Of a stretch of 64,000 bases of DNA, positions 59,895 to 64,000 are shown one piece after another (positions within the stretch are counted from its first letter, which is position 1; every line of letters starts with the position of its first letter). Source of the stretch: Eledone cirrhosa (Eukaryota); assembly GCA_964016885.1 (NCBI GenBank), contig OZ024748.1, positions 13,516,001 through 13,580,000 of the forward strand. The letters run 5' to 3'. The notes under the pieces were generated by a model, which saw only the letters and a list, made by a program, of their open reading frames with translations, searched no databases and was not told where the DNA came from. The position numbers and the translations under genes are program-made.

Positions 59895-59925
<31 letters not shown>

Positions 59926-60090
59926 AAGAAACGATCGACCTTTCGTCAACTCGAACCGAGGAAACTATGTTTTCATTGATGTTTCCAATTGCTAATACTA
60001 TCTATCGGTCGCAACTCCAGGTAGAAGGAGCAACGTGAAGTAAAGTGTCTTGCTCAAGGACATAACGCATCGCTCTGTCCCGGAATCGAA

Positions 60091-60183
<93 letters not shown>

Positions 60184-60264
60184 GCTTATTGGATACATCG
60201 ACATTATCCATTCTGCAGGTTCAAATCATTCTAAGTGATGATTTTGTCTGTCTTTCATTATTTC

Positions 60265-60441
60265 GGTGAATTGGCAGTATTTGTAGAGGGTTGGACGCCA
60301 TGCTTTCTACCATAGTTACATTCTGAGTTCAAATCCCGCCGAGGTTAACTTTGCCTTTCATCCTTACCGGGTCGATAAAATAAAGTACCAGTAATGTACT
60401 GGTTGATTGCTGGCCTTGTGCCAAAAAGTACAAACAATTAT
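60265..60441 (+). mobile_element. Meta-core SINE
   Basis: Colinear with the SINE consensus, small internal deletion. Confidence 0.9.
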
Positions 60442-62083
60442 TTCGTTTTGGATAAAATAAATACTGACAAAATACAGATAAATATTCTGGAATATTTCTC
60501 CTTAGTCTGGTAGACTGTGAGGCGTATATATAATTCCACACATACACATACACACATACACACATACACATACTCACATACACATACTCACATACATACA
60601 CAACAACATAGATTAACATACATCCCGTTATACATATACATACATACAATTATATTCACGCACACACATATTCACACACACACACACACATACACACAAC
60701 CACATACCGTGACACACATACAATTATACACACACACATACACACAACCACATACCGTGACACACATACAATTATACACACACACACATACGTACAGACA
60801 CTCAAACATATATGCTACTATATGCTGTGACATATATACAATTAAATACACACACAGATACATACACTCAAACATACACTACTAGATACAGTGACATACA
60901 TACAGATATACACACACACATATTCACACTCACACATATATATAACTTCATACAGTGACACTCATGAAATTAAATACATACACACATGCACACATACGCA
61001 CGTTCACAAATTTACACACACACATACAGTGACATTATTACACATACAAACACACACACAGAGTGAAATGACACACATACACACACACTCGCTCCCTCTC
61101 TCTCTTTCTCTCTCTTTCTCAAACACACAAACACACACACAAACATACTCACACACACAGACACACACACGCACACACACATACACACACACACATACAC
61201 ACACACATAGACACACAAACACACAAACACACATATACACACATACAAACACACACACACATACAACCATACACACACAAACAAACAACTCAGAATCCAA
61301 TATTTACAAGTTACTAACTTAATACATTTTTCTTAAATTAAAAAGAAATTTCAATTTTTAATAAAAATTATTCAAGCAAAATTATTGAGGTAGGAATGCC
61401 AATAATATGAATATTAATTTTATCAAAATTCACATAATTTTTATTTAATACCGAATCGACAAGTCATATTAATTGGATTAAAAAAACATTATATAACTTA
61501 GATTTTTTTTATTGATACAGGGAGTAAGCATAGGGAAAAATAGAACTGTGTAGAAATAATCTATATTAACACTGGTCGTATATTACAGGTACTAGTTACT
61601 GTCAATTTAAAAGTAAATTAAACGTATAAAACTAGGAAATAATATATATGCTGGGAGTTTTGAGCCCTTCGTTTGTACATTTATTTAAAAAAATTATTCT
61701 TTAAGGTTTCATCTGAAAAAATAGTTTTTTCCTATTGTTTTGTTTCCGTTCTTTTTCTAGTGCTTCTTTGCTAATTTTCTTAAGATTATCTACAAATGTG
61801 GCGAACGTGTTTTTCTCTTCTCCCCAATTTATTTTAATGGCAAACAATTTCTTACACGAGATCTGACTTTCTTTTTCTTGCTTTTATTTTCCTTTATTTT
61901 TTCTTTATTTTTTATCTTTGTTTCACTCATGTTCACGTGCTATACGAGGCTCTAGACATTTTCCCTTATGTCACACAAAATCGTAAGTTTTTTTACCTTA
62001 ACGGCAATAAATTACAATTTATCTTCCGTCTCTTACTCCTCAGGACAGTGTTTCGCTTGTGCCAGTCGCTGTGACCCTGAATG

Positions 62084-62317
62084 GACCAGCAGACCGTCGG
62101 TAGGGGTCGTAACTGCCAAAATCCATCTCAAGGACCGATGATCATGTAGTTTTGTGTCCTTCATCTGTACATTTATTTAAAAAAAGTATTTTTTTAAGAT
62201 TTCCCCATAAAAAAATTATATAAAAAAAAATACAAACGATGGACACAGAACTCCCTGGTCATCTGCTGATGAGATGGACTTTGGCAATTTCGTACCCCAC
62301 CAACGGTAGTGCTGGTC
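62084..62317. repeat. Diverged inverted repeat with about 80-bp arms
   Basis: 62084-62165 versus 62238-62317 (gaccagca...gccaaaatccatctca / tgagatggactttggc...tgctggtc). Confidence 0.75.
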
Positions 62318-62664
62318 GACATAACCCCACCCCACATCAACATAGACAAACACAAACACACAAATGTATCATAGAGCCACTACGTGCTATCATTTACCTA
62401 TTTACAGTTAGGCTCAACGCTATAATAGGTACTGGGTCATTGTAACTGTCTAAGACACACATTACAGTTTGTTAACCAGTTGGTACTAGTTGGCTTGATT
62501 GACACTATTATCAGGAACACGAAACATAGCTCGTAATTCGCAAACATAGTGTGACAATTCTAGCGATTCTACCTTAGTCCTAAGGCATACAAGATCGTCA
62601 GTATGATACTAGCGATAATTATCTGAGCTTATATATGTACAAACACATATACAAATACACATGT

Positions 62665-62785
<121 letters not shown>

Positions 62786-62826
62786 TGTGCGTGTGTGTGT
62801 GTGTATTTCCGTGAGGGTGTATATAT

Positions 62827-62868
<42 letters not shown>

Positions 62869-62954
62869 TTATATGCGTTTGTGTATGTATATCTGTGTGT
62901 GTGTGTGTGTGTATGTGTGTATGTGTGTATGTGTGTGTGTGTGTTTGTGTGGGC

Positions 62955-62986
<32 letters not shown>

Positions 62987-63281
62987 AAAATGAGGGATTT
63001 GGAAAGAGGTAACGGGCAAGATAAGTGAGTAAGACAAAAAAGACAAAACAAAATAAAAAAAAGGAAAGAATTCCATGAGTCAATATAATAACTATTGTGA
63101 AGATAGTGTATATATACAGTTAAATATTCAAACGTGTAAAGCGTTCTATATTGATTTCTTTCAATCAATTAATTGATCAGATAATGTTACACACCTCTGT
63201 CCGCTTCACTTGTGCTAACTGGCTAGTGTCACGTGATTTAGTGCAAAAGTCGACTGAATGAACCGTCGCCATTGTTATAAG

Positions 63282-63710
<429 letters not shown>

Positions 63711-63721
63711 ATTATATATAT

Positions 63722-63815
<94 letters not shown>

Positions 63816-64000
63816 AGACAGAGAGAGAGAGAGTGAGGGTCTTCGTTGCTCAGACCGGGGTGACAACTAATCATTCAATGCATGTGAAGATGGCGAGTGT
63901 GTATAGGTATATGTAAAATTCCGACCTTTTTCCGAAATGGCTTGGCACCGCGGTCAGGTTTTACATCTCTCTCTCTATATATATTAATTTATATATATAT

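Noticed and set aside
62268-62300. CTGATGA motif
   Set aside because: No downstream GAAA or stems; not conserved in the partner arm.

Overview
AT-rich eukaryotic non-coding DNA saturated with microsatellites ((TA)n, (CA)n, (TC)n, (ATCT)n, (CATA)n, (AAT)n, (CAT)n, (TTC)n). The repeat landscape and SINE families resemble an octopod cephalopod genome (inference from pattern recognition, not a search). No host protein-coding gene can be supported; almost all ORF-track entries are microsatellite translations. Recognisable content: about 20 copies of a tRNA-derived Meta-core SINE, often stacked on its own target site; four 3' fragments of a Tx1/L1-clade LINE in (ATCT)n or (AAT)n tracts; an R4/Dong-like RLE 3' end; bipartite RTE-derived elements; an RTE 3' end; mariner and hAT MITEs; and a 69-bp open-frame minisatellite. 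The most striking unexplained signal is about 15 type I hammerhead ribozyme motifs (intact, degenerate or half) from several sequence families. They sit in short non-coding elements that nearly always abut (TA)n tracts and occur as partial tandems (a 630-nt unit present at two loci) or fold-back palindromes. This looks like a (TA)n-targeting, Penelope-like/retrozyme-type non-autonomous system. The dominant SINE also shares a 3'-terminal motif with the Tx1 LINE, suggesting a SINE-LINE partnership. All alignments and folds were made by eye, so coordinates may be off by a few bases.
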